NCBI RefSeq assembly: GCF_964213995.1
Contig: NC_135830.1
Coordinates: 8,804,001 to 8,868,000, forward strand
From: Mustelus asterias
Taxonomy: Eukaryota
Direction of reading: 5' to 3'
Length of the DNA: 64,000 nucleotides
Shown here: in pieces, positions 1 to 13,059 of the stretch
Layout of the letters: the number at the start of each line of letters is the position of its first letter
Numbering within the stretch: the stretch's first letter is position 1
Notes under the pieces: model-generated
What the model was told of the DNA's origin: nothing
Seen by the model: the letters and a program-made list of their open reading frames with translations, nothing else
Databases searched by the model: none
Made by a program: the position numbers and the translations under genes

Positions 1-269
1 TGGTGTCAACTCCCAATGGTTAACATTTGGGTTCATTGTCTCTAATGTCTAATTGATGTGTAGAAATCCTGTAGAGTTCTCATTGGGGCAGGTGACTATC
101 AGTATATTTTGGTTAAAGAAAGTGCTTGCTGGTTTTTGTAGTGGTTGCCAGAGCTTGGAACACAGTTAATTAAAAGGACACAAAGTGACACACAGCCTTA
201 AACTAATACAGAAATTACAAAGTTACTTCAGATCTGAAATCCAAAGTGGCATCAAATCAGTGTGTAAAA

Positions 270-895
270 GGTGAGATAGCAGGAAACACAAATACAGTAT
301 GATACATTCAATTGATAAATGTTCAAAACGAATGAGTCAGAATAACTACTGTGTGATGAAAACTAAACTGAAACCTTTAATTTTTCAAACCAAAGATGGT
401 TATAGCGTGTGAAGGAAAGTGACTGCTTCTTTTAAGATATTAAAAGGTTAAACTAATTTATGACACGGTGCTGAAGGTTTGAAACTTCACAGCTGGTTTC
501 TTCACACAATATGGCCTCTAATTCAAGTATAACTGTTGTTGTCAATGGCTGAGGAATTAACAGTTCCAGACTGTAGCTGGTGAGATAGCAGGAAACACAA
601 ATACAGTATGATACATTCAATTGATAAATGTTAAGTAATTAGTCAGAATAACCACTACGCTATGAAAACTGATTGGAGAACTAAAATCTTTAATTTTTCA
701 AATCAAAGATAGTTATAAAGTCTGAAGGAAAGTGACTGCTTCTTTTAAGATATTACAAGTTAAAAGGATACATTAATTTACGACACAGTGCTGAAGGTTT
801 GAAACTTCACAGCTGATTTCTTCACACAATATGGTCGCTAACTCAAGTATAACTGTTATTGTCAATGGCAGAGGAATTAACAATTCCAGACCTCA
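270..895. repeat. Two-unit tandem duplication (~310-bp unit)
   Basis: 'ggtgagatagcaggaaacacaaatacagtatgatacattcaattgataaatgtt' occurs at ~270 and ~579, and similarity continues to 'gaggaattaaca(g/a)ttccagac' in both units. Confidence 0.9.
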
Positions 896-1029
896 GCTCA
901 TCCAGAGTTGATGGGATCCACAGGACTCTGTAATTAAAGTATAAAAGTGAAGCTTTACACCGGTCTCGGGTCATGTGATGTATTTCACTTGTCAAATAAG
1001 GATGCAGTTACAGACAAAGCCAGTTACAT

Positions 1030-1400
1030 GATCATAGAATCATAGAAATCATAGAAACCCTACAGTGCAGAAGGAGGCCATTCGGCCCATCAAGTCTGCA
1101 CCGACCACAATCCCACCCAGGCCATATCCTCTATTCCCTTTTCTTTACCCGCTAATTTACCCGCTAATCCCTCTAACCTACGCATCCCAGGACTCTAAGG
1201 GGCAATTTTTAACCTGGCCAATCAACCTAACCCGCACATCTTTGGACTGTGGGAGGAAACCGGAGCACCCGGAGGAAACCCACGCAGACACGAGGAGAAT
1301 GCGCAAACTCCACACAGACAGTGACCCAAGCCGGGAATCGAACCCGGGACCCTGGAGCTGTGAAGCAGCAGTGCTAACCACTGTGCTACCGTGCCGCCCC
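1030..1400 (-). mobile_element. tRNA-derived SINE (HE1-like) with CR1-type tail
   Basis: Minus strand begins GGGCGGCACGGTAGCACAGTGGTTAGCAC (A box), has GGGTTCGATTCCC (B box), and ends ...GCACTGTAGGGTTTCTATGATTTCTATGATTCTATG. Confidence 0.85.
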
Positions 1401-1594
1401 AATACGATACGAATGTATTACAATTCAGCAGAATATCACATCAGGTTAATTGATTAATAAGCTTCAATTACTTGATCATTACCCATAACTAAGCTACAAA
1501 CTATTAAACATGACCATTCCTACAGTCAAACAGTCCAGTCAAGCAACAGGCTGACACAGTCATACTTTGAATCATATCTTACTGCCAATGTCTC

Positions 1595-2745
1595 ACAGGA
1601 ACAAGGAGCAGGATTCGGCTATTTGGCCCCTTGAGTCTGCTCCACTATTTAATCAGATCAGGGCTGATCTGATAGTAACCTTAAATCTGCATCCTGCCGA
1701 CCCCCAATAATCTATCACCCACTTGCTTGCCAAGAATCTATCTACATCTGCCTTAAAAATATTCAAAGACTCTGCTTCTACTGTCTTTTCAGAAGAGTGT
1801 TCCAGAGGTTCACGACCCTCTGAAAGAAAATATTTCACCTCATCTCCGTTTTAAATGTGCGAACCCTTATTTTTAAACAGGGACCTCTAGCTCTAGATTC
1901 TCACACAAGAGGAAACATCCTTTCCACATCAACCTGTCAAGACCCTTCAGGATCTTCCATGTTTCGATCAAATTTATCTTACTCTTCTAAACTCCAGCAG
2001 ACACAAACCTAGCCTGTCCAAGCTTTACCCATAATCCACACATTTCTGGCATTAGTCTGGTCAATCGACTGCTTCCAATGTATTTACATCCTTGCTTAAA
2101 CAAGATGACCAATACTGTACACCGTACTCCAGATGTGGTCTCACTGGTGCTCTGGGTAACTGAAGCATAATCTCCATATTTATGTAATCAATTCCCCTCA
2201 CAAATGATAACTTTCCTAATTACTTGCTTTACCTGCTTACTCGCTTTTTGTGATTCATGCAAAGAACAAAGAACAGCACAGGAACAGGCCCTTCGGCCAA
2301 CGCTGATCACATTGTCCTCTCCAGACCAACCGCTTATTTCTCTCTATTCCCCGTCTGTTCATGTGTTTATCAAGATAAATCTTAAATGTCGCTAAGGTAT
2401 CTGCCTCAACCACCTCACTTGGCAGTGCATTCTAGGCCCCCACCACCCTCTGTGTAAAAAACCTTCCCCCAACATCTCCACTGAACCTTTCTCCCTTGTC
2501 TGAAATCTGTCCCCTTGTAATTGTCATTTCTGCCCTGGGAAAAAGCTCCCAACTGTTCACCCTATCCAAACCCCTCATAATTTTATTAACGTCTATCAGG
2601 TCGCACCTCAGCCTCCGTCTTTCCAGGGAGAACAATCCCAGTTTATTCAATCTCTAGAACACTCAGATCCCTCTGCATCTCAGAGCTCTACAATCTCTCA
2701 CCATTTAGATAATCTGCTTCCCTTTTATTCTTCCTGCCAGAATGT
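1595..2745 (-). mobile_element. Decayed CR1-clade LINE 3' fragments, one (~2262-2657) nested in another
   Basis: ORF 2432-2650 (LGLFSLERRRLRCDLIDVNKIMRG...RFFTQRVVGA) and ORF 1653-1838 match the CR1 ORF2 C-terminus; the inner copy has a (TTCTTTG) tail. Confidence 0.85.
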
Positions 2746-2839
2746 GCTGTCCTACCAGCAGTTCAGACCTGAGTAGAGGGAGCAGCACAGAGGTGGACAG
2801 TGCAAGTGAGTCATCCTGGGAATCCTCAACTTGAAATTC

Positions 2840-3195
2840 TTTTTCATTGCTTCATGGGAAATGGGCATTGCTGGATGGCCAGCATTTATGGCCCAGTCCT
2901 TGTTGCCCTTGAACTGAGTGACTTGCGAGGCCATTTCAGAGGGAGTTACATGTAGGCCAGACCGGGTAAGGACAGCAGATTTCCTTTCCTAAAGGACATT
3001 AGTGAACCAGATGGGTTTTTACGATAATCAACAATGGTTTCATGGTCATCAATAAATTCTTAATTCCAGATTTTTTTCATTGAATTCAAATTCCACCAAC
3101 TGATGTGGCAGGATTTGAAACCCGGTCCCCAAATCATTAGGTGAGTTTCTGGATTAATAGTTCAGCAAGAATACCATCAGTCATCACCTCCCCTA
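2840..3195 (-). mobile_element. Second tRNA-derived SINE family (probably Deu-domain, SacSINE1-like)
   Basis: The same body (gcagatttcct...aaggacattagtgaaccagatgggttttt...ttgaattcaaattccacca) recurs at 24175, 40950, 54165 and 56060. The family name is recalled, not searched. Confidence 0.65.
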
Positions 3196-3819
3196 GATCA
3201 ACATGGAGTGTTGGAGAACAAGTCAGGAGCAGCACTGGGCACCCTAAAACTGAGATTCCAACCTGATTACTCTGGAACATGAGACTATAAGCATGCTAAA
3301 CAGCAGAAGCAGCATGTTCCAGGCAGGGCCAAGCGATCCCACAAACAACGGATCAGATCAGAACTGCAGTCCCCCCACATCCAGTCGTGAATGGTGGTGG
3401 ACAAGAGAAAGCTCCACAAACATCACCATCCTGAATGACTGGGGAAAGAAGTGGATCAGTGCAAACAACTGTGATTTGTGTTTGGTGATCGCGGATGTGT
3501 TACTGATGCCTTCCATGGATTCCAAGGCCAGGAAAGACACTCTGGAAGGTGTGGGGAGCTGGGACTTGTCCAGGAGAGTAACAAGGTATGAAAACTGAAA
3601 TAATCTAGAACTAGGAAGGAGAAAAGGCCACAAAAATGCAGCAATTGGTAACAAGACATTGATTAATCTTTTCTTATCCTGGAGAAATGAAGGTCCCAGC
3701 TTTGTGTCTTAAACAATATTAGTTAATTTGACATTTATCCAGGGTAATAAACCCCAGCCCAGTTATAGCGATCACTAACATCAGCAAAAACACACCCCAA
3801 CTCTCAGAATGAACATTGT

Positions 3820-4869
3820 TCAGTCCTGGATGTGATTAACAGCAGAATCCAATTCCTCCAGACACTTGTCAATTTGTTGGTGTGTTAGAAGATGGGTTGA
3901 CTGAGTGAATCCCATCTCGCACTCAGAGAAGGTGAACGGTCTCTCTCCATTGTGAGTATGTTGGTGTCTCAGCAGGTGGGATGAGTGAGAAAATCCCTTC
4001 CCACACTCAGAGCAAGTGAACGGTTTCTCCCCGGTGTGAATGTGCTGGTGTGTTTGCAGGTTGGATGAGCGAGTGAATCCCTGTCCACAGTCAGAGCAGG
4101 TGAACGGTCTCTCCCCAGAGTGAACTTGTTGGTGCCTCAGCAGAATACTTGAGGTCTTAAAGCTCTTCTCACATTCAGAACATTTGAAAGGTTTCTTATC
4201 CGAGTGAACAAGTTGGTGTGATCTGAGGCTGGTTAAATAAATGAATCCTTTTCCACACAAGGAGCAGGTGAACGACCTCTCCCCAGTGTGAACTCTCTGG
4301 TGTTTCTGGAGGCTGGATAACAGAGTGAATCCCTTCCCACACACTGTACATCTGAATGGCCTCTCCTCATTGTGAACTCGCTGGTGTATCAGCAGATCAC
4401 TTATGGTTTTATAACTCTTCTCACATTCGGAACATTTGAAAGGTCTGTTATCAGTGTGAACCAGTCGGTGTGTAGTGAGGTGGGATGATCGTGTAAATCC
4501 CTTCCCACACACAGAGCAGGTGAACGGCCTTTCCCCAGTATGAGTGCGTTTGTGTTCAATTAGATTCTGTGATCGCTTAAATAACTTCCCACAGTAAGAG
4601 CAGCAGAACTGTTTCTCGGTGTGAATAGATTGGTGCGTGACCAGGTCCTCAGGGCTTTCAGAGTTGTGATCACCGTCAGCATGGTTAAAAAGCCTCTCTT
4701 CAATGTGAACTTGCTGGTGGGTCAGCAGGTGGGATGACTGAATGAATCCTTTCCCGCACATGGAGCAGGTGAATGGTCTCTCCCCAGTGTGACTGCGCCG
4801 ATGCGTTTCCAGCAGCGATGGGTAACTGAATCCCTTCCCACAGTCCCCACATTTCCATGGTTTCTCCAT
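3820..4869 (-). CDS. C2H2 zinc-finger array protein (ZNF-A), ~10 intact + 2 degenerate fingers, no KRAB visible
   Basis: 349-aa ORF of CxxC-x12-HxxxH repeats with TGERPF linkers, ending DSAVNHIQD*. Confidence 0.9.
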   Translation of the reverse strand: MEKPWKCGDCGKGFSYPSLLETHRRSHTGERPFTCSMCGKGFIQSSHLLTHQQVHIEERLFNHADGDHNSESPEDLVTHQSIHTEKQFCCSYCGKLFKRSQNLIEHKRTHTGERPFTCSVCGKGFTRSSHLTTHRLVHTDNRPFKCSECEKSYKTISDLLIHQRVHNEERPFRCTVCGKGFTLLSSLQKHQRVHTGERSFTCSLCGKGFIYLTSLRSHQLVHSDKKPFKCSECEKSFKTSSILLRHQQVHSGERPFTCSDCGQGFTRSSNLQTHQHIHTGEKPFTCSECGKGFSHSSHLLRHQHTHNGERPFTFSECEMGFTQSTHLLTHQQIDKCLEELDSAVNHIQD

Positions 4870-6299
4870 GGTGCAGGTGTTCTTGTCTGTTCAAGCCTTG
4901 TCCACACACAACATGTGTATTGCTTCTAAGTAAGGCTATTAAGGGTTATGGGACAAGGCAGAAAATTGGATTGTCATATCAGATCAGCCGTGATCTCATT
5001 GAATGGAGGAGCAGACTCGATGAGTCCAATGGCCTAATTCTGATCCTAATTCTTATGGTGTTATGGTTCTCTGCTGTGAATGGTGTGATGTTTCTTTCAG
5101 GCTGTGTAACTGGTTAAAGCTCTTTCCAGTCAGTTCACTCTCACTCAGGTCTGTGTCTCGGTGCTTTTCCAGTCACACTGATGTTTGAAATTGTTCCCCA
5201 CCGCCAGAACAGACAAACATTTCTCCTTCCACATTTAAAGGTCGATGGTATTCAGGTTCTGATGAATTGAGTGACTCTGTCAGATGATGTGATGTTTGGT
5301 TTCCATTTCCCATCTGCAATTCATCACCCGTGTGGACCTTGTAAAAGACATTGACAGAGTCGGTATCACTGTCAGCACAGGACAGAAATTCACAACAAAC
5401 AATCTAGTTTCCATGGAATATTATTTCAAATCTTGTTTCCCCAAATCTTGTGGTCCAATCGAACTTCCATCTGAACTGAACCAGAACTTTGTTTCCAGTG
5501 TTTGTGAGACACTCTGTCCCCTGAGTTGTGGAAGATATCGAGTGTTCCAGTCGACACTGTCTGCTCCCTCTCCAGGACCACACGAGCACGGACAAGAAAG
5601 TTAAAGTTTATTTTTATTAGTCACAAGTAAAGCTGACAGTAACACTGTAATGAAGTTACTGTGAAACCACAGAAGAGGAGCCCACAGCCAAGTTACCCTC
5701 TGCTGAACTACAAATTACTGTTTTAACCAGCCCCAAGAACAGGTCCAGGAAAAGATCCTCTGCCCTCCCCAGTCTCCTTCACTGGAGCATGGGGCAGAAC
5801 GGAAGTGTAACTAAAAGTGGAGAAGCAGTTCCTTCAGGGGTTGCAATCTCTCACACTGAATATGTACATGGCTCATGGATTTCTCAAGGCTGCAAATTAA
5901 TTTAAAGAGGAGAAAAAACAGTGATAAACACAAAGGCAGGTTGTGAAATTGAGCTGAATGAATCTGGTAATTTGTGGAGCCGGCACAAGGAAGACGTGAC
6001 TCCGGAAGCTGCTGGATTGTGATTAAAAACCCAAATGGTTTGTTAATGTTCTTCAATGCAGGAAACCTGTCACCCGTCCAGATCTACACAAGAATTCAGC
6101 CTCAATGGGAGGAGAAAGATAGAGATGAAACAGGGAGGGAATGAATGGTAAGGACTTTATACATCTACAACTGGACAAGAACTGACAGAACCTGCCAAAC
6201 CACAACCTTCACCAACTCAAAGGATGCAGGAAAACTATCACCTCCAAATGTCGTTTTCAATCTAAAATCTTAAAACAACTTGTAATCCTGAAGTAACCT

Positions 6300-6505
6300 G
6301 CATCCTCCTGCATTTAAGGGGCAATTTAGCGTAGCCAATCCACCTAACCTGTACACCTTGGGGGTGTGGGAGGAAACCGGAGCACCTGAAGGAAACTCAT
6401 GCAGTCACAGAGAGAATGTGCAAACTCCACACAGTCACCCAAAGCTGGAATCGAACCTGGATCCCTGGTGCTGTGAGACAGCAGTGTTGACCACTGTGCC
6501 ACCCT
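6300..6505 (-). mobile_element. HE1-like SINE, partial
   Basis: Shares 'ggggcaatttagc...gggaggaaaccggagcacc...aaactccacacagtcaccc' with the 1030-1400 copy. Confidence 0.75.
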
Positions 6506-7339
6506 GTGCCACTGTACTGTGTTGCTCGGAAATACGTTTTAGGATTTTGGCCGAGTGATAGTGAAGGCAGAGCAGTAAACTACCAAGTCAGAATAGTGTG
6601 TGATTCTGAAGAGTAAATGCAGGTAGTGGGGTTTCTGTGCACAAACTGCCCTTATCCATGTTGGGGAAGAGGTGTGTAGTTTTGGAAGCTGCTGTCAAAG
6701 GAGGTTTAGCCAATTGCTGATAATTCTAGTAATGTCCATGTTCCAGTTATTAATTTGAAAATTTTCCAAATGTAAATTTAATGAAAATCCCCGACAGAAC
6801 TACTTTTTCCTTACTTGAAACACAGCTTTAAATGGTCCGTTTGTTTCCAGATTCAGTTCCATGAGCAACGCCTTCAACTAAACAAAATGAAAACACTGCA
6901 GCTGCTGGAAATCTGAAATGAAAAGAGAAAACGTTGGAAATACTCATCAGGTTAGACAGCATCTATGGAGACAGAAACAAAGTTTGCAGTCACTGATGCT
7001 CCTCTAATGAAACACATACCAATAGCTGCTGTTTAACGGGGCCGTGGATCCCACAATCCCCTGTGCCCCAGAAACAGCTCTATCCATCACACACATTTCC
7101 CATTATGACACTTCTATGTCAAGAGGGCAAGCTGTTTAAAAGTCATTAAGTTCCATTTTTGCGTGTTGATGTTCATTAAAGATACGGATCGACTTCCTCC
7201 TCATTATGTATCAATTTCAGATACTTTGGTCGAGAATTTCCATTCCCCTACTTTCTGGTGGATAATGGATGCCTTGAGTACTTAGATTACAGTATAATTT
7301 GATTCCTAATGTTATTGACTGCACCCCTATCCCTAATTT

Positions 7340-7830
7340 TTACATCGCAGCAAAAAAAGCTCACTGTTCACAAATGAGCAGTTTCGATGGCGTGCGCTTT
7401 ACCCACCATTCCTCGCGGTGGGGAATGTCCCCTATCCCCAGCACAGGAGAGTTGTGCATGCGCAGTGAAACAGTGTTTGACGCATGCGCAGCGTGGATGA
7501 TGGCAATGGGGAGAGACATTCGTCTGTCTCATCAGCAACCGGTAAGGATGCGGATACATGGAGGGATGATTGGAACCGGCAGATGGACGGAGAGGGTTTC
7601 TAAATATCTGGTGAAGATCTCAAACCTCTAATAGTAATCCGCAGGTCCCGTGTTTGCAGCTTCAGGCCTTTTTCCCGGGACGAGGCTCAGGTTAAGAGCC
7701 ACCATCTTGATTCAGCAGGGAGCGGAGCGCATGCGCTGGGATCTTAGTGACGCAACAGTGAGTGGGAGGGGCTTCGGCGTTTTCTGCTCCCAACTGGGTC
7801 CTAGTGACCGGATAGCACAGCAAACTGAGC
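7340..7830. promoter_or_regulatory. CpG-rich putative bidirectional promoter between divergent ZNF genes
   Basis: Three NRF1-type palindromes (7453-7464 TGTGCATGCGCA, 7479-7490 GACGCATGCGCA, 7726-7737 AGCGCATGCGCT), a YY1-like CCACCATCTT near 7700, local CpG enrichment, and candidate donors at ~7541 (+) and ~6814 (-). Confidence 0.55.
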
Positions 7831-7893
7831 AACAGGTTTTAAACAGCTTCACCCACTCCCAGGCTACAGCTGATGTTTGCAGCCGAGAGAAGT

Positions 7894-9919
7894 CTGTGGG
7901 CAATGTACATAGTCCAGAAGTTGTTTTTTCCTGTTTGGCGCAAGAGTGGTACGGGAATTGTGGCCAAGCCATGGCTTACAAGGGAAATTAGAGGTAGTAT
8001 CAGATTCAAGGAAGAAGCATACAAATCGGCAAGAAAAAGCAATAGATCCGAGGATTGGGAACAGTTTAAAATTCAGCAAAGGAGGACCAAGGGATTGATT
8101 AAGGGAAAAATGGAGTATGAAAGTAAGGTAGCAGGGAATAGAAAAACTGACTGTAAAAGTTTCTATAGATATGTAAAAGATTGACAAAAACAAATGTTAG
8201 AAATGGGAGAATTCATAATGGGGAATAAAGAAATGGCTGAGGAATTAAATTGGTACTTTGCTTCAGTCTTCACAAAGGAAGACATGAATAATATACCAGA
8301 TGGGCTGAGAGAAACATATTTTAGTCAGGGGCTGAAGGAAATCAGCATCAGTTGAGAAGTTTTTGGGGAAATTGATGGGATTGAAGGTGGATAAATCTCC
8401 AGGTCCAGATAAGCTTCATCCCAGAGTACTTAAGGAAGTGGTCCTGGAAATAGTAGATACATTGGTGGTTATTTTCCCAAATTCTTTGGAATCGGTAATA
8501 GTTCCTGCAGATTGGAGGGTAGCTAATGTAAACCCACTATTCAAAAAGGGAGGGAGAGAGAAAACAGGGAACTATAGACAAGTGAGCCTAACATTGGTAC
8601 TGGGGAAGTTGCTGGTGTCTATTATCAAGGATTTCACAACTCGGCATTTGGAAGGCAGTGGTATAATCAGACAAAGACAGCATGGATTTACAAAAGGGAA
8701 ATCATGCTTGACGAATCTATTGGAATTTTGTAAGGATGTAAGTAATAGAGTTGACCGAGGAGAACCAGTGGATGTGGTTTATTTAGACTTTCAGAAGGCT
8801 TTCGACAAGGTCTCACATAACAGACTGCTATGTAAAGTTAAAGGACATGGGATTGCAGGTAATGTCTTGAGATGGATAGAAAGCTGGTTAGCAGATAAGA
8901 AGCGAAGAGTTGGCATAAATGAGTCTTTTTCTGATTGGCAGTCAGTGACTAGTGGGGTTTGGCAGGGATATGTGCTTGGACCCCAACTCTTCACATTATA
9001 TATTAATGATTTGGAAGAGGGAACGGAATGTATTATTTCCAAATTTGCAGATAATACAAAGTTGGGTGGGAGGGTGAGCTGTGAGGAGGCTGCAGAGATG
9101 CTTTAGCGTGATTTGGACAGGCTGAGTGTGTGGGCATCTGCATGGCAGATGCAGTATAATGTGGATAAATGTGAGATTATCCACTTTGGTAGCAATAATA
9201 GGAAGACAGATTATTACTTGAATAGGTGTAAATTGAGGGAGGGGTATACTCAACAAGCTGTTGGATTCCTCGTGCATCAGTCGCTGAAAGTAAGCATGCA
9301 GGTACAGCAGGCAGTAAAGAAGGCAAATGATCTGTAGGCCTTCATAGCAAGAGGATTTGAGTATAGGGATAGGGATGTTTTGCTGCAGTTCTATGGGGCG
9401 TTGGTGAGGCCACACCTGGAGTATTGTGTACAGTTTTGGTGTCCTTATCTGAGGAAGGATGTCCTTGTTATAGAGGGAGTACAGCGAAGGTTTACCAGGC
9501 TGATTCCTGGGATGGCAAGTCAGTCATATGAGGAGAAACTAAATCGGTTAGGATTATATTCACTGGAGTTTGGAAGAGTGGGATCTCATAGAAACTTAAA
9601 AATTCTAACAGGGTTAGACAGGGTAGATACAGGAAGAATGTTCCCAATGGTGGGGGGAGTCCAGAACTCGGGGTCATAGTTTGAGGATAAGGGGTAAACC
9701 TTTTAGAACTGAGGTGAGGAGAAATTTCTTCATCCAGAGGGTGATGAATGTGTGGAATTCACTGCCACAGAATATAGATCAAGGGATATGGAGGAACAGG
9801 AGTGGGGTGGGGGGGGGATTAGGATATTGAATTTGATGATCAACCATGACCATAATGAATGGCGAAGCAAGTTCGAAGGCTGAATGACCTACCCCCACTT
9901 CTAGATTCTATGTTTCAGT
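7894..9919 (+). mobile_element. 5'-truncated CR1 LINE with broken RT ORF2
   Basis: ORF pieces 7873-9679 contain [28 protein letters not shown] and RPHLEYCVQFW; tail ttctagattctatgtttc; probable TSD gagagaagt at 7885-7893 and 9920-9928. Confidence 0.9.
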
Positions 9920-10437
9920 GAGAGAAGTTGCCTGAAGCGGTGGCAAAGAATTTGGTTACACTTCAGCCCCAGGCTCCTCATGTTTACATAGAAACATACT
10001 AGAAAATATAAGTCGGGAGGAGGCTATTCGGCCCTTCGAGCTTGCTCCGCTGTTCATTCTGGTCACGGCTGATCATCAAATTCAATATCGTAATCCCGCC
10101 TCCCCCCCCCCCCCCCCCCCCACCCCACCCCCCCGTATCCCTTGATCCCCAAGAAATGTATCTAATTCCTTATTGAAATCAGACTCTACTACTTTTGAGG
10201 AAGGGACTTCCGAAGATTCAAGACTCTGAATGAAATAAAACCTTCTCAGCTCTGTCTTCAATGGGCAGCACTGTTTTTTAAACAGTGACCCCCAGATTCT
10301 CCCATAAGAGTAAACATCCTCTCCACATCCAAGACCTTTCAGAATCTCGAAGGTTTAAATTAAGTTGCCTCTTACTCTTTTAAAGTCGAGCAGAAGCTAA
10401 ACTTGAGCAGAGAATGTCTCTGGTGTTATTATGTGGT

Positions 10438-10582
10438 CATGATGTGGAGATGCCAGCGTTGGACTGGGGTAAACACAGTAAGAGTTTTAACAACACCAGG
10501 TTAAAGTCCAACAGGTTTATTTGATAGCAAATACCATTAGCTTTCGGAGCGCTGCTCCTTCGTCAGATAGAGTGGAAATCAG
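10438..10582 (-). mobile_element. Short non-autonomous Penelope-type repeat carrying a minimal hammerhead ribozyme core
   Basis: Minus strand reads CTAT-CTGACGAA-GGAGC-AGC-GCTCC-GAAA-GC-TA-ATGG; a second, more decayed copy lies at 26700-26826 (+). Confidence 0.7.
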
Positions 10583-10984
10583 ATTTTCCAGTCATAGAGT
10601 CATTCCAGCACAGAAGGAGTCCATTGGATAACTCGAGTCCATACCGACTCTCACTGTAACTTCATAGTTTTTCACAGTTTTTTTGTGATTTTCACAGTGA
10701 CTTCATTGCAGTGTTAATGTCAGCATGCTTGTGACGCGAATTAATAAATTATCAAAAGTAAACTATAAATCCTCTGTCGTGCAATTCTGTCCGTCTGGAG
10801 TGGGTCCCATTCTGTAACCCTGCAGCACCCATCTAATCTCATTTAGAAATTATTGATCATCTCTGCTTGACTACCCCCACAGGCAGCAAGTTCAAGATCA
10901 TAATTAATCACAACCCCCTGTATCTTCACCAACTGGAGCCATCCGATCCATTAAATATATTTTTAGTTCAGTCAGAGCAGAGAT

Positions 10985-11825
10985 ATTTGTATCATCGATA
11001 GTCACAGGTGAGGTGCCTGAAGACTGGAGGGTGGCAAATGTTGTGCCTTTGTTTGAAAAGGGCTGCAGGGAAAAGCCTGGGAACTGCAGGCCAGTGAGCC
11101 TCACATGGGTAAGTTGTTGGAAGGTATTTTGAGAGACAGGATCTACAGGCATTTAGAGATGCAATGACTGATTAGGGACAGTCAGCATGGCTTTGTGAGT
11201 GGTGAAGAAGGCATTCAACGTGCTTGGTTTCATTGGTCAGAACATTGAATACAGGAGTTGGGATGTCTTGTTGAAGTTGTACAAAACATTGGTAAGGCCA
11301 CACTTGGAATGCTGTGTACAGTTCTGGTCACCCTATTATAGAAAGGATATTATTAAACCAGAAAGAGTGCAGAAAATAATTATTAGGATGCTACTGGGAC
11401 TTGATGGTTTGAGTTATAAGGAGAGGCTGGATAGACTGGAACTTTTTTGTCTGGAGTGTCGGAGGCTTAGGGGTGATCTTATAGAGGTCTATAAAATAAT
11501 GAGGGGCACAGATCAGCTAGATAGTAAATATCTTTTCCCAAAGTAGGGGAGTCTAAAACTAGAGGGCATAGGTTTAAGGTGAGAGGGGCAATTTTTTCAT
11601 ACAGAGAATGGTGAGTGTCTTGAACAAGCTGCCAGAGGTAGTAGTAGAGGCGGGTACAATTTTGATTTTTAAAAAGCATTTAGACAGTTACATGGGTAAG
11701 ATGGGTACAGAGGGACATGGGCCAAATGCAGGCAATTGGGACTAGCTTAGGGGTTAAAAAAAAAGGCGGCATGGACAAATTGGGGCGAAGGGCCTGTTTC
11801 CATGCTGTAAACCTCTGTGACTCTC
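10985..11825 (+). mobile_element. CR1 LINE fragments (internally deleted)
   Basis: VPEDWRVANVVPLF-like segment at ~11010 joined to ORF 11199-11546 (RPHLECCVQFWSP...RRLRGDLIEVYKIM) and a 3' UTR. Confidence 0.85.
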
Positions 11826-12468
11826 GAGACTGTCTGGCAGCCTGCATGGAGATTTTCAGCTCTCTGTGTCCAGGACAGGAAGCAGCGAGCATGGATCTGT
11901 CAATCAGCCTCAATCAGCACTTTCAAGAGAATATGGAGGGTGAATATTAGATACAGCAGAGTGAGAATGGAGGGAGAGTGTGTGGGATGGAGATTTACAG
12001 CTTTTGGGGAATGAGAGAGGAAAGAATGTTCCACAGAAACTAGAATTGCCTGTTCTGAATTTTCATCCTGTACTGACTGTGATGACTTTTGTAAACTCCT
12101 TTTACAGGATATTAGAAGGTGAAGATTTACAGACAGAAATCTTAAACCAAACGTCACATCAACATCTGACAGAGTCACTCAATTCAACGGGACCTGAATA
12201 TCATCGTCCTTTGAATCTAGAAGGAGAAATGTTTTTCTGTTCTGTCTGCTTCAGGAGATTTTAAACATCAGTGTGACTGGAAAGCACCGAGACATACACA
12301 CACCAGGGAGAGAGTGCTCTAGTGCAATGCGTGTGGAAAACGCTTCAGTTGCACAGCCTGAAAAAACATCGCAGCATTCACAGCGGGGAGAGACTGTACC
12401 CGTGTTCTGTGTGTGGATGAGGTTTCAACTGATTGTCCGACCTGGAGAGTCACAAGGACACCTGCACC

Positions 12469-13059
12469 ATGGAGAAACGGTGGAAATGTGGGGACTGTGG
12501 GAAGGGATTTAGATACCCTTCTCACCTGGAAACCCATCGACGCAGCCACACTGGGGAGAGACCGTTCACCTGTTCTCAGTGTGGGAATGGATTCAGTCGA
12601 TTATCCACCCTGCAGACACACCAGCGAGTTCACAATGAGGAAAAGCCATTCATCTGCTTTCATTGTGGGAAGAGATTCACTCAGTCATCCGCCCTGCAGA
12701 CACACCAGCGAGTTCACAATGAGGAGAGACCATTCATCTGCTCTCAGTGTGGGAAGGGATTCAGTCAGTCATCCAGCCTGCAGACACACCAGCGAGTTCA
12801 CACTCGGGAGAGGCCGTTTACCTGCTCACAGTGTGGGAATGGGTTCACTCAGTTATCCCATCTGAAGACACACCAACGGTTTCACACTGGGGAGAGGCCG
12901 TTCACCTGCCCTCAGTGCGAGAAGGGATTTGCTCAGTTATCCACTCTTCAGACACACCAGCGAGTTCACACCAAGGAGAGACCGTTCACCTGCTCTCAGT
13001 GTGGGAAAGGATTCACTCAGTTATCCAACCTGCGGAGACACCAGCGAGTTCACATGTGA
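12469..13059 (+). CDS. C2H2 zinc-finger array protein (ZNF-B), 7 fingers
   Basis: ATG at 12469 ([14 protein letters not shown]), seven intact fingers, TGA at 13057-13059; upstream acceptor ccttttacag at ~12107. Confidence 0.85.
   Translation: MEKRWKCGDCGKGFRYPSHLETHRRSHTGERPFTCSQCGNGFSRLSTLQTHQRVHNEEKPFICFHCGKRFTQSSALQTHQRVHNEERPFICSQCGKGFSQSSSLQTHQRVHTRERPFTCSQCGNGFTQLSHLKTHQRFHTGERPFTCPQCEKGFAQLSTLQTHQRVHTKERPFTCSQCGKGFTQLSNLRRHQRVHM

Noticed and set aside
1178-1402. tRNA genes at A/B-box motifs, and SINE-derived short ORFs
   Set aside because: They are heads of multi-copy SINEs; no complete cloverleaf is seen.
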